Below, in pieces: positions 24,881 through 37,831 of a stretch of DNA of 64,000 nt. The position numbers were made by a program, and so were the translations under genes. Origin of the DNA: Leucoraja ocellata (taxonomy: Eukaryota); the NCBI GenBank assembly GCA_036785375.1, contig JAWMAR010000082.1:2604001-2668000 (forward strand), read 5' to 3'. The notes below the pieces were generated by a model. The model was not told the origin of the DNA, made no database searches, and was given only the letters and a program-made list of their open reading frames with translations. How positions within the stretch are numbered: the first letter of the stretch is position 1; every line of letters begins with the position of its first letter.

Positions 24881-26299
24881 TCCAAGTTCTCACCTACAGT
24901 AAAGAGGTTCATCCATCAGTGCACGACAGAAAATCCGAGCCAACTCGACACACAAAACAAAAATTAAATTCAGGGATTGAATGACTGCACTCTCTGGCTA
25001 CTCGGATAATTCACAACATACCATGGCACCATGCTGACTTTCCCAGTAACAGGTCAAAGGAAGGAAATTCAAGTACAAATGGCTTAGGCCTGGTTTTAAG
25101 TTATGCCCATGTTTCTTTGGAGTTTTACACTGTTTCAATAAAAGCTCTGCCGAATTCCTCCACTGCTCATTAACCTGCACCAACACTCATGAAAGACCAG
25201 CTCATGCAAATTTCTTGACGTTTTGGCAGTTTTGTACGGCTCAGCCGGGTACACAATTGGGCCTCTGGGCGTTTTATAGTTACTTTTTCTAACCATTCTC
25301 TTTTAACTGTCCTCGTGGGTTCAAATATTGTTTTAATTTTTGATTTACGTTTTGCAAATAAAAACATTAATGGCAACATTTTAAATAATCTGCATCTAAT
25401 ACGTTTTAAATATATTTTGTTGGCTATAAATTGTATTTTTATGCAGAGACAAAGGAGGAGAACTATGACTTCTGTCTAAAATATTCTCCTAAAGTCGCAA
25501 CAGTTGATGGCAATTTGTGCTTGTTTGTTTATGGCCTCAAAGGGCAGGGCAAGCAAAGACGTTGAATATTTTTAAGGATATGGTTAGGGAAGCACAGGGG
25601 GTGAAAGGTTAGCACAGGTGGATGGGAATGCGTTGTTACAGACAGATTGACCCCTGAAGAATGTGTCAAGTGGTCTCGTCCTCCTTCCTGTTCTCATGCT
25701 TCATCAGACTCTCGTGAAATTTTAACTGGGTGGCTGGTGCAGAGTAACATTCACATGAAACAAATGCCAGGCAATGACTCTCTCCGGTATGGGAGAGTAA
25801 ACATTCCTTCCCATCATATACCGTGTGGCATTGTGATCGACTGATATTCTCCAGGCATACACATCCTGCAGGTGGTATAAAGCAGAATAATATTCGTAAG
25901 GAGCGTACACCAACACACACTCCAATTGCAGAGAGAGGATAAGGCTTGTGTAGTAGGTGCTGAATCACAAGCCACAGAGTATTGGCCTGTTCACCTTCTG
26001 ACTCCACAAATTCATTCCATCATCTAGAGGGCACACATCAAACATGTATTGGGATTGCCTAGTGAACCTTCACCATTCAAGTGACTCAATGTCATTCAAG
26101 ACAAAGCAATCTGGTAGCCAAACATGTGATGTGGTTTGTGTACCAGGACACAGTTTCCTGTTTCGCGGTTTCCCAGGGAACGATGTTGCACTGAAAGTTT
26201 GATTAAATACTCTTGAGCAATTGAACAGCTATTTACATAGCAACTGGGTGGTGCCAGCAACGGCTGCCTCACCAACATTCTGTCTGTCCCTTCCTGCAT

Positions 26300-27010
26300 T
26301 GTTGTTTTTATTAGTATGTGTTAAATGTATGTTTTAGTGTTCTTTAGTTCTTTTATGTCGGGGGGGGGGGGGGGGGGGTGCAGTTGGGGGAAACTTTTTT
26401 TCATCTTTAACTCGACGGAGATGCAATTTTTTCCATATCGTATCTCCGTCCGCATACGGCCTAACATCGAGGAGTTGGCGGCCTCTGCTGGAGACCGATT
26501 TCGGGAGCTCCAACTGCAGGAGCCTGCAAGACTTACCATCATGGAGCGGGTGAAATCTTTGCCAGGCATCGACTTTGGAGCTCCAACTGCAGGAGCCTGC
26601 GGACTTTAATATCGTGGAGCTCGCGGTCCCTGTTTAGAGACCGACTTCGGGAGCTCCAGGCTGCAGGAGCTTCGACCGCCCCGATCACGGAGTTTTGACC
26701 ACCCCTACATGGGAGATTAGATCGCCCCGACGCGGGGGCTTCGATTGCCTGTTGCGGGAGCTTCGATTGTCCCGACGGATGGTTCAACTGCCCCGCCCAC
26801 GGGAGAATAAAGAGGAAGAAGATTAGATTTTATAGCCTTCCATCACAGTGAGGAATGTGGGGAATCTGCTATGCTGGATGCTTGGGTTAACTTTTATGTA
26901 GTTGTGTGTCTTGTTGCTTTTTTTAGTATGGCTGTATGGTAATTCAAATATCACTGTACCTTAATTGGCACACACGTGACAATAAAAGACCTTTGAAACT
27001 TTTGAAACAA
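26300..27010 (+). mobile_element. GC-rich non-autonomous retroposon with internal tandem units and Rex1-like tail
   Basis: Repeated GGAGCTCCAACTGCAGGAGCCTGC and GCTTCGAT.GCCCCGA units. Tail CACTGTACCTTAATTGGCACACACGTGACAATAAA + (TTTGAAAC)2. Shares GCCTTCCATCACAGTGAGGA with ~59030. Confidence 0.6.
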
Positions 27011-27024
27011 AAGAAGAGTTACAA

Positions 27025-27207
27025 ACTAAACACAAAGTGCAGGAGTAACTCAGCGAGTCAAGTAGCATCTGCGGAGGGAATGGATGGGTGAAGTTTCGGG
27101 TCTGTGGATAGGTCCCAAACCGAATGTCGCCTATCAATTCTCTCCACAGATTCTGTCTGACCCGCTGTGTTTTGCTTAAGATTCCAGCATCTGCTTTTCT
27201 TTGCATC
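27025..27207. mobile_element. Older fold-back Penelope-terminus element
   Basis: ACACAAAGTGCAGGAGTAACTCAGC...TTTCGGGTC / GGTCCCAAACCGAATGTC...CCAGCATCTGC. Confidence 0.6.
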
Positions 27208-30200
27208 TCAGGAATTACAAACTGCTTTCTTCCCACTTTTAATGTACATAATGTGTAGAATAACTGATAAATGTGGACTCGGAATCTAACGTTCTGTACT
27301 CTCAGGATATGGGAAGAGATAAAACTCCACACAATAACAACCTAAATCACCATGTGTTGCAAATATTGGTTCATTTCACCGTTCTTACATTTGAGATCTA
27401 CTGTGTAGACCGTCTGATTTCAAGCAACAGATTTAGACTGAACAGTAATTGAATTAATCTAAAATGATTAATCTATCCGCAGATAGCACACAATCCATGA
27501 AGGCTAATTCAGTGTTATTTGGAGTGAAACCATCAAACCGCACGTGAAAATAGGAAATGGATGAAAATATTTTAGAAGCTATGGACTAAACAATCGAAGG
27601 ACAGATGTTACTAAAAAATTATTTTCTATTTTACTTACTTGATCTACTCGAGAGTGTGAACTTTATCAAAGGGAATGAGATAGGACGGAGTATTTTGGAT
27701 AGCAGCAAATTATGGTCTGTATATCTTAAACCACTTGAAAAACAATGACGCAACAATAGTACTTTTCTCACGACACAGGAGTGGGGAAAACTGCAGAAAA
27801 ACCTATCAAGTGTGCAACAGCCAGAATAATTCTGATACTAAAACTAAGTCAACAGCAGTTACTGATATACACTAATTCAGAAACATCTACAATTATTATA
27901 AAATTATTACCAATTACAAATAAAAAGTGATAAATCTACAACACAAGAAAATGGTGTTTTGAATCTTTTTTTTTGCAATGATATTCAATAAATAACTTAA
28001 CATTCACTTAAAATAAGCCCATCAAACATGATTGCTGAAGGTGGGATCACAGCACCATTCAAGCACATGGAGCCCAGCTGCCTTAAACGTTTACTAAATA
28101 ACAGCAACGACAGTTAGAGGGAGCTTTATATCTGACTGCTGTACCTGACTGTGGAGTGATTCAGGGGTATCCAATGTGGCAAAACTGTTCCCTTTCTCGC
28201 CAATGAGATTCCTCATCTTGTTGAGCAGAAAATATGCAAGGGGCAAATGAAAATACAGAGATCAGGGCTAAGAGATTACAGAAAGCAAATCAAACACAGC
28301 AATATTGACCAGACACCAAGCTTAATCAATAAGACACACTGTGTCAGTGCCGTGAACTCCTAATTAAAATATAAGCTCCCCTCGTTTTTTTAAACCGGCC
28401 ATATTCCTTCATTTAATAACCCAGGAACATTCCTTTTGGACCAGACCCAGATGCAGCTTGGTCGCCCGCTGGACCTTTTCATACCTACAGCTGCTCAGGT
28501 CCTCAGGAACAAGTCAGGTCATCTGTCTGCGTAATTGATAACACCACACGATGAGACAGGTTGCCTACATAAAGTAGGCTGGTGAAAGGGCAGACTTACT
28601 TATTTGAATCCAAATCCAACAATACTGCAGCCTAACTTCAGGTGATGTAATTAATTGCCTTTTTTATTAACATAGTTATCAGATCAATTATCTCCATGTG
28701 CTTCTGGGAAAAACCTTCAGCCCCTTTTCCCACCAGCGGGAGAACACTACTGAGGCCTAACACAAACATAGCTCAGTTACAGTGCTTTTGACTTGGCTTA
28801 TAAAACTAAATTAGAAACTCGTGTTGAATTTTATCCTGGGATTTAAGCCACAGAGGAGAAGCTCTGTTCGAACACTACTGCAGTTTACTTAAGTCCACCA
28901 ACTGCCTCCCTCAACTGTGTTTCTTTTGGCCAAAACTTTGACTTCTTTTCAGCAATAGCCATCGAGCTCAGATATACATAAACTTGTAACTCTTTCAGCA
29001 CTTTAGTCCTGCGATCAACACAGAAATAACGCGAACATATTCAATGGGAGATGAATGCAAGCTGTCAAAAGCACCGATTTCTCTCTTTGCAGCGAAGCAG
29101 TGAGATATACCATTAACACATCAATCCTCTCGCATCTTGCACTTTGCACCAAGCCAAGGTTACTCAGAGGAACTCAATGTCACATCATTAAAGTACTTCT
29201 CTATGTCTCAAGCCTGCCCTTTCTTCCTCTGGATTATATGTAAAGTAGCTTTAGTTGCTGACAATCTCTCCTGTTGTTCAGTCTCTGAGGTGTTGCTCAA
29301 TAAACACAGTTTTACACATGAGCTTTGAGAGGTCGCATCATCCAGCAGGTTATAAAAATCACAGGCAAGTTCAATCCTTCTCATTTTTGACACACAAACC
29401 GCCAGCCACATGTCTGTCAGTGGACATCAATCTGATGAGAACAGAGGCTGATTATTGTTTCCAACCGGTTCTACAAGATGGCATCAATTGTATATCACCA
29501 TCAATGTGTTAACAAAGAGCAAAAACAGAACCCAGGATGTTTCTGGCAAACTCATTGCATAAAATCACTCCACCATTAGTCCGTGGTGGGTCTGCTCATG
29601 AGGGTTATAATTAGATATGGCTTTGGATCCTACACTTCAATGATTTTAAGACTCAGGATGCTTAGACATCATTGAGCAGCTGGTCAGCAAAAGCTTCTCA
29701 CGCCCGCTGCTCAATACACAGTGAACACAAGCTACAGACTTCCCTTACCCTGGGCACAAAGTGAATAACTAACCAACTCACGAAACAGAGCAGACCGCAC
29801 TTGTGGGACAATAGTAACCTCAGTATGGCAGCCGAACAGAGGACCAAAACTCTCTGCTTTTAATCTTCACGAAAACAGGTTTACTGAAACCTAAAGCAAT
29901 CTACAGTTTGCATCACACTGGACTTGTTGGTGATTAGAAGTCTTTTTTTTTCAACCCACTATCAGTACCTGCAGCCAAGCTGAAAGCAGATGCTGGGACC
30001 TTTGCCAAAAACAAACCTCTCAAAAGTAGTAAGATTAATCATTTGCAAACGGCATGGATGGTAACAAAACAAATTAATAAAAAGGAAGAAAAATGTGCCT
30101 CTTATTCAAACCAGATGACACAAAGTATAGTCTTTTCAATAATCTAAACCCAAAGTCATATAAACTTTTGACCCTTTGCAAAACATAAACACAATAAAGA

Positions 30201-30536
30201 CATATCAGATTGCTGATTTTTCTCAGTTGCATGACGAATTTTTTAAAAAGTGACCTCCTTGCCAGCTAATGAATAAACAGACAGATTATTTTTAAATGAG
30301 TCCATCGGGCAATAAGTTTCTGGAAAAAGTGTGTACGCAGCCAAGTTTACTCAGATTTCACCAGCTCCTTGTAAAAGGAAGTCTGTGCCCAATCCCAATT
30401 TGCTCATCAATTAGTTCAGCTCGAGAGAAGAGGGAGTCAGTAGGCTAAGCCTGTGGAAGATAGTCCACAATCAGCTTCTCCAATGGTTCCAGTTTGTGAT
30501 TCCTTTAAGCAGACTGCATTCTAAACAGAACTCTTA

Positions 30537-30774
30537 AGGGCCTGTTCCACTTTCACGACCTAATTCACGACCTCAGCCGAGTTTGCCCTTGACTCATACT
30601 CGCAGCATGGTCGTCACGAGGTCGTAAGCGGTCGTAGGTAGGTCATAGTAGGCCGTGATGCTAGTCGTAGGTAGTCGTGGCATCAAGTAGGTCGGGGCGT
30701 TTTTTCTAGCCTGATGCAAAGTGTCCACAAGTAAAAAAGGTCGTGAATTAGGTCATGAAAGTGGGACAGGCCCT
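30537..30774. mobile_element. PIF/Harbinger-type MITE (related to 16177 copy)
   Basis: ~36-bp TIR AGGGCCTGTTCCACTTTCACGACCTAATTCACGACC. TTA TSD. Shares GACTCATACT.GCAGCATGGTCG with the 16177 element. Confidence 0.88.
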
Positions 30775-30919
30775 TTAGAGCAGCAGAACATAGAGGAAAG
30801 AAGGACTAAGAGGGCACGACCTGATGTGGAGCCATTGAGTTGAGCAGCACTGTGTGATCTCTGCCAATGGACTACAATGTAAACTTCATGGAACACATAC
30901 GAGTCAGATATATAACCAG

Positions 30920-31180
30920 AGGACATGGGTTTAAGGTGATGGGGAAAAGATTTAATAGGAACCTGAAGGGCAACTTTGTTTTTACACAAAGTGAGGTAGG
31001 TGCACTGAGGAGTTAGTTGAGGCAGGTACTATCACAATTTTTCAAAAAACATTTGGACAGGTGCAGGGATAGGGATCAAATGTGGGCCAAACACAAGCAG
31101 GTGGGACTAATGTAGATGGGGCATGTTGGTTGGCGTGGGCAACTTGGGCCGGAGGGCCTGTTTCCACAATGTATGATTCT
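30920..31180 (+). mobile_element. CR1 LINE 3' fragment
   Basis: GAGGACATGGGTTTAAGGTGA...TTTTTACACAAAG...GGGCCTGTTTCCACAATGTATGATTCTA. Confidence 0.8.
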
Positions 31181-32204
31181 AGGACCATAACATTTGAATA
31201 TGTGGAAAAATAATAACCCCTGTCAGCTGTCTGCTGCAATAATTTATATACTTAGCATGGAAGGAGCGTGCAAAACCCTCTACAGTTCCAACACCATTTC
31301 TATTTTGAGCATTTGTGGAAGAGTTTAGAAACAGGTGTTATATCTGTGCTAAGCAGAGTCCCATTATGGCCCTGAATAGTTGTGAATTGGGGCAAATCAG
31401 CCTTGATAGTCTTGAATGGTGGGACAGGTTTGAGGTGCCAGGATGGCCGCCTACTCCTGATGCTGCTCCCTTGTGGCCACCTGAGGTCCAGCAGATATTT
31501 TGGGGAAACTTCATCAACAAAGAGATTAGAATGTCTGACAACACCATGACTGAAATGAGCCCAATGGGACTAGACCATGGTAGTATTGAGTCACACTTTG
31601 ACCAATGCAGTATGGACAAAATTATTATTACCCATATAAGTGCTAATTCAGTTTTGCCCAATTTTACTTCACTTGTGGCCTGTGAGTTCATTGATCCTTT
31701 CGCTAAGGAATGTCTAATAGTGATTTATTATATACTCTGCCAGAGAGCAAAAGTTGAAATAATTACATTTGTATTGCTTTGCATTGCTTAACGATGGAGG
31801 CACAAATCTGTGTTTGCTTTTCTTGATCTAGGTTTCATTATAAACACTTCATAATCTTCAGATTAATTATCATATCAGGATTGTGATTCACAGCTCATTG
31901 GAGTATACCAAAGTACACAAGAATTATCACATTGAATGTGTATATATATTTTTCTGCGTTTCTTAAAAATTCTTGTTTCCACCGCATGTCAAAATGCCTC
32001 CTTGACGACCACTGCATTTCCTTCCCAAGAGCCCTTGCCAAAACAATGACCTTTTATTTCACCTCCATGCCACCCACCATGGAATTCTGCCCGAACCCGT
32101 GTGAAAACACCCAAACTGGGAAAAATTGCAAATATTTGCTCAGGTAAAACTCCAGTAAACCCTCATTTAGTGGACCCCTTTGTAACGGGCTTGAGTTATA
32201 GCGG

Positions 32205-32625
32205 ATGGACCTGCCGAGGTCTGGTTGATGCGGTTGTTTTATGCGGCTCACGTTGTAGCCCCTTGCACTTTCTTTGAGCCGCCACTACCGATAAGACACG
32301 CTCACTCACTCACTCACCGTGGGGATTCCTCCCCTCTCATGTCCTGCCGCTTCTTTCTGTTGGCCATCGCTATGTCCACTCGGCCTCCACCGTTCTCCCC
32401 GGGATGCCAACATGCTCCGCCTTTGACGATGTCGGCGATTGCGGGGGAGAAGGAGGAGTCGGCAGCGGGGGAACGGACAAAGCGATGGGTGAGAGGGTAG
32501 ACACCACGGTGACCGAGTGCGTCCTGTCGGTAGCGGCAGCCTGAAGAACACACATTCTGTCGGGGGCGACAACGTGAGCAGCTGCAACAGCTGCGCCAAC
32601 TGGTGCAGACCTGCAGCATCGGCGT
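32205..32625. mobile_element. CpG-rich imperfect palindromic element (MITE-like)
   Basis: Nested inverted matches: AGGTCTG/CAGACCT, GCTCACGTTGTAGCCCC/GGGGCGACAACGTGAGC, CTACCGA/TCGGTAG, CACCGTGG/CCACGGTG. Confidence 0.6.
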
Positions 32626-32639
32626 CTAGTTTTAAGGTG

Positions 32640-32790
32640 AAATGACACAAAGTGCTGGAGTAACTCAGCAGATTGAATCAGTCTGGAGAAGGATCTCAAG
32701 GTCACCTATCCATGTTCTCCAGATATGACCCACTGAGTTATTCCAGCACTTTGTGTCCTTTTGTGTATTAACCATGATCTGCAGCTGTTT
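32640..32790. mobile_element. Fold-back Penelope-terminus element (degenerate)
   Basis: GACACAAAGTGCTGGAGTAACTCAG inverted with CTGAGTTATTCCAGCACTTTGTGTC. Contains the GATTGAATCAGTCTG pivot. Confidence 0.7.
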
Positions 32791-33169
32791 GTTTCAACTA
32801 CATACAATGATAATACCTTACTTGGTTGTAGCGGACAATCTGGTGAATGGACACCATTGCCCCCCCCCCCCATGGTCCATTATAAAGAGGGTTAGTGCAT
32901 TTAAGACAAAAGGTCAGAGATCTGTAACAGAGCCTTCAAACAAATCATTCATCCCTCTTTTTCCTGGAGCTACAGAAGATAAAGGGCCTGTCTGTGTTTA
33001 CTTCGTTATAGCTGATATATCTCCATATTTGGTTGCAACGTGGAAGGATTGACCCATTGGGTCTTTGCCAGTTTATAGCAAGAACCCATTCCTCCCCAAC
33101 TTCCCCTGTAACCTATTCTCTCCATATATTCTCATCAAAAGCCTCCCCCTTCAAACTTGGGATAATCTA

Positions 33170-33325
33170 CAGTTGCCAATTAACCTAACGACCCATGTGT
33201 CCATGGTAGCAAACAAATACAGCTGGGGACGCACACAGGGTCACAGAGAGAACATGCAAACTCCACATAGACAGCACTGGAGGTCAAGATTGTATTCTGA
33301 TTCATAGGGGTTGTGCCACTGTGCG
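33170..33325 (-). mobile_element. Degenerate V-SINE
   Basis: CCAATTAACCTA...GAGAACATGCAAACTCCACATAGACAGCAC. Confidence 0.65.
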
Positions 33326-33386
33326 CATTTACAATCTTGCAATTGCAATTTTGCTTCTTTTACTTCATGCCTGTTCTTCCCAGTTA

Positions 33387-33970
33387 CATAGAAACATAGA
33401 AAATAGGTGCAGGAGGAGGCTTCGAGCCAGCACCGCCATTCACTGTGATCATGGCTGATCGTCCCCAATCAACAACCCTTGCCTGCCTCCCCATATCCCT
33501 TGACTCCATTAGCCCCTAGAGCTCTATCTAACTCTCTCTTAAATCCATCCAGTGATTTGGCCTCCACTGCCCTCTGTGGCAGGGAATTCCATAAATTCAC
33601 AACTCTCTGGGCGAAAAGGTTTTTTCTCACCTCAGTCTTAAATGACCTCCCCTTTATTCTAAGACTGTGGCCCCTGGTTCTGGACTCGCCCAACATTGGG
33701 AATATTTTTCCTGCATCTAGCATGTCCAGTCCTTTTAATAATTTATTTGTTTCTATAAGATTCCCCCTCATTCTTCTAAATTCCAGTGAATACAAGCCTA
33801 GTCTTTTCAATCTTTCCTCATATGACAGTCCCGCCAACCCAGGGATCAATCTCATGAACCTACGCTGCACTGCCTCAATCACAAGGATGTCCTTCCTCAA
33901 ATTAGGAGACCAAAACTGTACACAATAATCTAGATATGGTCTCACCAGAGCCCTATACAACTGCAGAAGA
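33387..33970 (-). mobile_element. CR1-clade LINE (HER1-like) 3' fragment, young
   Basis: Open 163-aa ORF YRALVRPYLDYCVQFWSP...LEFRRMRGNLIE...RVVNLWNSLP. (TTCTATGT) tail. Confidence 0.93.
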
Positions 33971-34088
33971 AATTGTTCAATGCTAACTGTCTGGTGATTT
34001 TGTACCCCAAGTTTCTATTGTGAGAACATCTAGATTGCACACAGAACACTGTCATGTCACATTAAATGCCAGAGTGAGGAATATTACA

Positions 34089-34390
34089 GGGATGGTACAG
34101 TGGTGCAGCAATAGAGTTGTTGCACAGCTCCAGAGACCCAGGTTCGATCCTGACTACGGGTGCTGTCTGTACGGAGTTGGCACATTCTCCCTGTGACCGT
34201 GTGTGTTTTCTCCGTGCTGTCTGATTTCCCAGCATATTCCAAAGACGTCCTGGTTTGTAGGTTAATTGGCTTCTGTAAATTGTCCCTAGTTTTGTGGCTT
34301 AGAGCTAGTGTACAGATGATCAGTGCTCAGCATGGTCTCGGTGGGTCGAAGGGACTGTTTCCATGATGTATCTCTAACTAAGCTAAACCA
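34089..34390 (+). mobile_element. V-SINE (HE1-like), full length
   Basis: Same head, V-domain and tail as the 15858 copy. Confidence 0.88.
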
Positions 34391-35012
34391 AGACTGGCAC
34401 AGACATTACAAAACATCTAGGAAATTGGTACCTAGGTCGGGATCTTTCTGATGAAAGGTCTCAGAATGGAAATGCAACTGCCCCCACCACCGCGCGCGCA
34501 CACCCACACACACGCGCGCTCTGCCTGAGCTCCTGTGTTTTATTTAGCTTTTATTTCAGATGTCTAGGATCTGCAGTTTTTTAATGTTTATTTACTACCA
34601 TACATGTTGAAACTCTTTTACCCTGTGCTGCTGGAACAGATTGAAGTTTGCAATTTGGATGACAGATGGCCCAGATAAGGCACCAAATCTTTAATTATCT
34701 CTCCAGTAATGATGTTTTAATGACTCTTATGATCAACAATGCCTGGAAATTAATTTTGATGTCCAAAATCTTTTCAGAATTTATGGCCACATCTTAGAAA
34801 ATCTGCTAACAAATCTCAATATGACTGCAATCTATTTATGGGGCTCGTTTGTCATTAATGTTTTAATACTTGGCATTTTAACATGTACTGCAATTAACTT
34901 TTGCAGCAATAAAATTTGCATTAGATCAATTTAGATTTATATTAAAAAATTAGAATTGTTTTACTTCGGGTGTATTGGAGAAAAACCATAGTGGCTGATC
35001 TATATGGAAGAT

Positions 35013-35104
35013 AAGTCTCAACCCGAAACGTCACCCATTCCTTCTCTCCAGAGATGCTGCCTGCCCCACTGAGATACTCCAGCATTTTGTGTCTATATAG
35101 TCTA
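35013..35104 (+). mobile_element. Monomeric Penelope-terminus short element (5' truncated)
   Basis: 12-bp TSD TATATGGAAGAT at 35001-35012 and 35105-35116. Confidence 0.75.
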
Positions 35105-35391
35105 TATATGGAAGATGCATACACCTAGTTTGTCTATATGCTCAGTTATAACAAATCCAGACCAACAAACAATTAGCCACTGTTAGAAGCATCTAATTAA
35201 ATGCATCATTTCTATTAATAAGTAAACTCCTTGTACTTAGATGTAGTTTAGGAATTTCCATTTCCAATTATTTAACGTAGGTTTAGTGTAATTGATATGA
35301 TTTAATTTGGAGGATTGTTTTTAAAAAAGAGCTTGATATAAACAGAACCAAAGATGCCAGTTTCTAGCAAAACAATATGCGTCCATTATAA

Positions 35392-35490
35392 TCTGAAGAC
35401 GGGTCTCGAGCTGAAATGTCACCTATCCTTGATCTCTAGAGATGCTCCATGACCCAGAGTTACTCCAGCATTTTGTGTCTTTCTTTGGTA
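35392..35490 (+). mobile_element. Monomeric Penelope-terminus short element
   Basis: CTGAAGACGGGTCTCGAGCTGAAATGTCACC...GAGTTACTCCAGCATTTTGTGTCT. Confidence 0.7.
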
Positions 35491-36674
35491 AAGTTGTCCG
35501 TTGTGGAATTGTTATTCCATTATGATCTGTCTGAAATATTAACTGCAAAGTAGGTAATCAGCTCAATATTACGGTAATAGCATTTACTAAAAGGACTGAA
35601 CAATGTAAAATTGCTTCCCAAGGCTGGAAGGTCACCGCAATATTAACTCTATTCTCTCCTCACAAACGTTACCTGACCTATGATTTCTTCCAGCATTTTC
35701 TGTTTTTACATTAAATTGCTTTCAATTGCGTGCTATCATGAACTATTTAGCTGCTCGCTCTCTACGACTGGGACGAACATTCGGAAAGGCTTTTTGTCTT
35801 TGTTGGAAAAGGCCATCATTATTAAAATGTCTTTGACAAACCTTTTGTTGTTCGGGACGCAGAAGGACCTATCAACTTTGCGGAAGGAAGGGGCTTACAG
35901 ATGAATATTTCTTGCCACCTCTCACATTCGTATTTATTAGCAGAATACGAACTATAATGAATATTATTAATGAATACTTGGGAATCCTTGGAAAAGAAAA
36001 GGCAAGCTGCGACTTTGCTGTTCCTCATGCTTTGTGGTCAGGTAGCCATTTTAATTTTGCAGCAGTCCTCCGCACAGGAGCTGATTCAGGCCCACACATA
36101 TAAGCATTGCTGTTTAAATGGAATACACAAAACTGTCCCAAAATGTCAGGAGAATAAAGTACATTTGGGAGGATGATCAAATTTTACATAAGATACAAAT
36201 GAATCCTGCACATAATAAATGATATTTTACAAATCCCTTCAGTCGCCTTTTTTTTCTGTTATTCTAATTACTTATTTTTCTGAAATAAACTGCTTTTATC
36301 CTAAATTTTCAAAACTTAACAACACAGCATAAAGCAGGCATTATTTGTCTACCATTGCTCATAATGTCAGTGCTACCAATGCAGCGTGTCATTACAGCTC
36401 CAAACTGGCGTTCACCAGCCAGAAATTACTATTCATCCTGACCTTGAGACAATTCCAACATTATGACATGCTGTATAAAGAGCTGGAAACACTGTCTGGA
36501 TGCCATTCAGTTTGCCCAGGAATGCCAAAATGATTTTGTTCTTGTACTCCTAGCCAAGTTCATAATTCCATTATGGAGCCTGCCAGAATAAAGGAACTGA
36601 TATCAGAATCCCACGTACTACAAAATGCAGAACTTGAACTGTTGAGATTTGCACATTTACTGTGAGAAGCACAG

Positions 36675-36850
36675 GGAGGGCACAGTGGAACTGCAGGCGG
36701 TGCAGACATCTCACAGCTCCAGCGACCCACATGTCGGGTGGAGTTTGCACGTTCTCCTGATGACACTGAGGGTTTCCTCTGCGTGCTTCGGTGTCTTCCT
36801 GTGTCCCAGAGAGGTGCTGGCTGATGTGTGAATTATCCGTTGTAAATTGA
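36675..36850 (+). mobile_element. Degenerate V-SINE
   Basis: GGGCACAGTGG..CTCACAGCTCCAGCGACC..GGAGTTTGCACGTTCTCC. Confidence 0.65.
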
Positions 36851-36899
36851 TCTTATTGCTGGTGAGCAGTAGGCAAATACGTCCCATGTTAAAGTCAGA

Positions 36900-37415
36900 G
36901 TTTTGAGTCATACGGCACAGAAAAAAATTCTTCAGCCGTTCACATCCACACCAATCATTGAGTACTCATCTATATTGATCCCATTTTCCAGTAACTGGCC
37001 TGTAGCTTTCTGGACCTTGGTGATTCAAGTACTGGTCAAGATAGTTCTTAAATGTTGTGGGAGTCTACACCTCCCTCTCCCTCTCTCCGCTCCCTACTCA
37101 GACAATGTGTTCCAGGTTCCAAATCCCCTCTGGTTTTATTTACTACTGTTATGGGTAAAGGTCTCGTACTTCCTGCCATATCAGGGGGCACTTCAAGCAT
37201 TTAGTGTACCTCAATCAGATGTCCAACTCTTTCCTCCCCCCACCTCCTCCCAGCCTTATCACTTCCAAGGGGAACAATCCCAGCTTTCTACTCTTTCCTC
37301 ATAAATGATATACTCCATCTTGGTGTTTCCCCTCCGCACCCTCTCCTGTAATCATGTTATTCCATTAAGTGTGGTGATCAGAAGTGCACACTGTACTCTG
37401 GCTGTTATCTAACCA
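36900..37415 (-). mobile_element. Old CR1 3' fragment
   Basis: TTCCAGGTTCCAAATCCCCTCTGG, AACAATCCCAGC, GTGGTGATCAGAAGTGCACACTGTACTC (YCVQFWSP-like on minus). Confidence 0.55.
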
Positions 37416-37560
37416 CCTGTGCATACAAGGTTACAGGGCAAGTGCTGAAAAATGGCATTAGTGTGGAAGGCTAAATAATGGTCAACATGGGAATGGTGAG
37501 TCAAAGGACTGTTTCAGTGGAGCGGTATTGATATTGTCACATAGCAAGTTCACTATTACA

Positions 37561-37831
37561 TAAGCTACACCCCAGCGGTATGAACATTGACCTCCAATTT
37601 CAGGTAGTCCCTGCTTTCTCCTTCTTTCCCCTCCCCTTCCCAGCTCTCCCACAGCCCACTGTGTCTGCCTCTTCCTTTCTTCTTCCTACCCCCCCCCCCC
37701 CACATCAGTCTGAAGAAGGGTCTTGACCCGAAACGTCGTCTAGTTCATTCGCTCCATAGATGCTGCCTCACCCGCTGAGTTTCTCCAGCATTTTTGTCTA
37801 CCTGCGATTTTCCAGCATCTGCAGTTCCTTC
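37561..37831 (+). mobile_element. Penelope-like 3' end with intact hammerhead-like core
   Basis: Starts LHPSGMNID-like coding. CTGAAGAAGGGTCTTGACCCGAAACGTC at 37710-37737. TAAGCTACA duplicated at 37561-69 and 37832-40. Confidence 0.75.

Noticed and set aside
26440-26800. Repeat-spacer-like pattern resembling a CRISPR array
   Set aside because: Eukaryotic context, irregular degenerate units, non-unique spacers, no cas genes
31315-31791. 158-aa ORF on +
   Set aside because: N-terminal part overlaps a degenerate CR1-type tail; no family motif or clear splice sites
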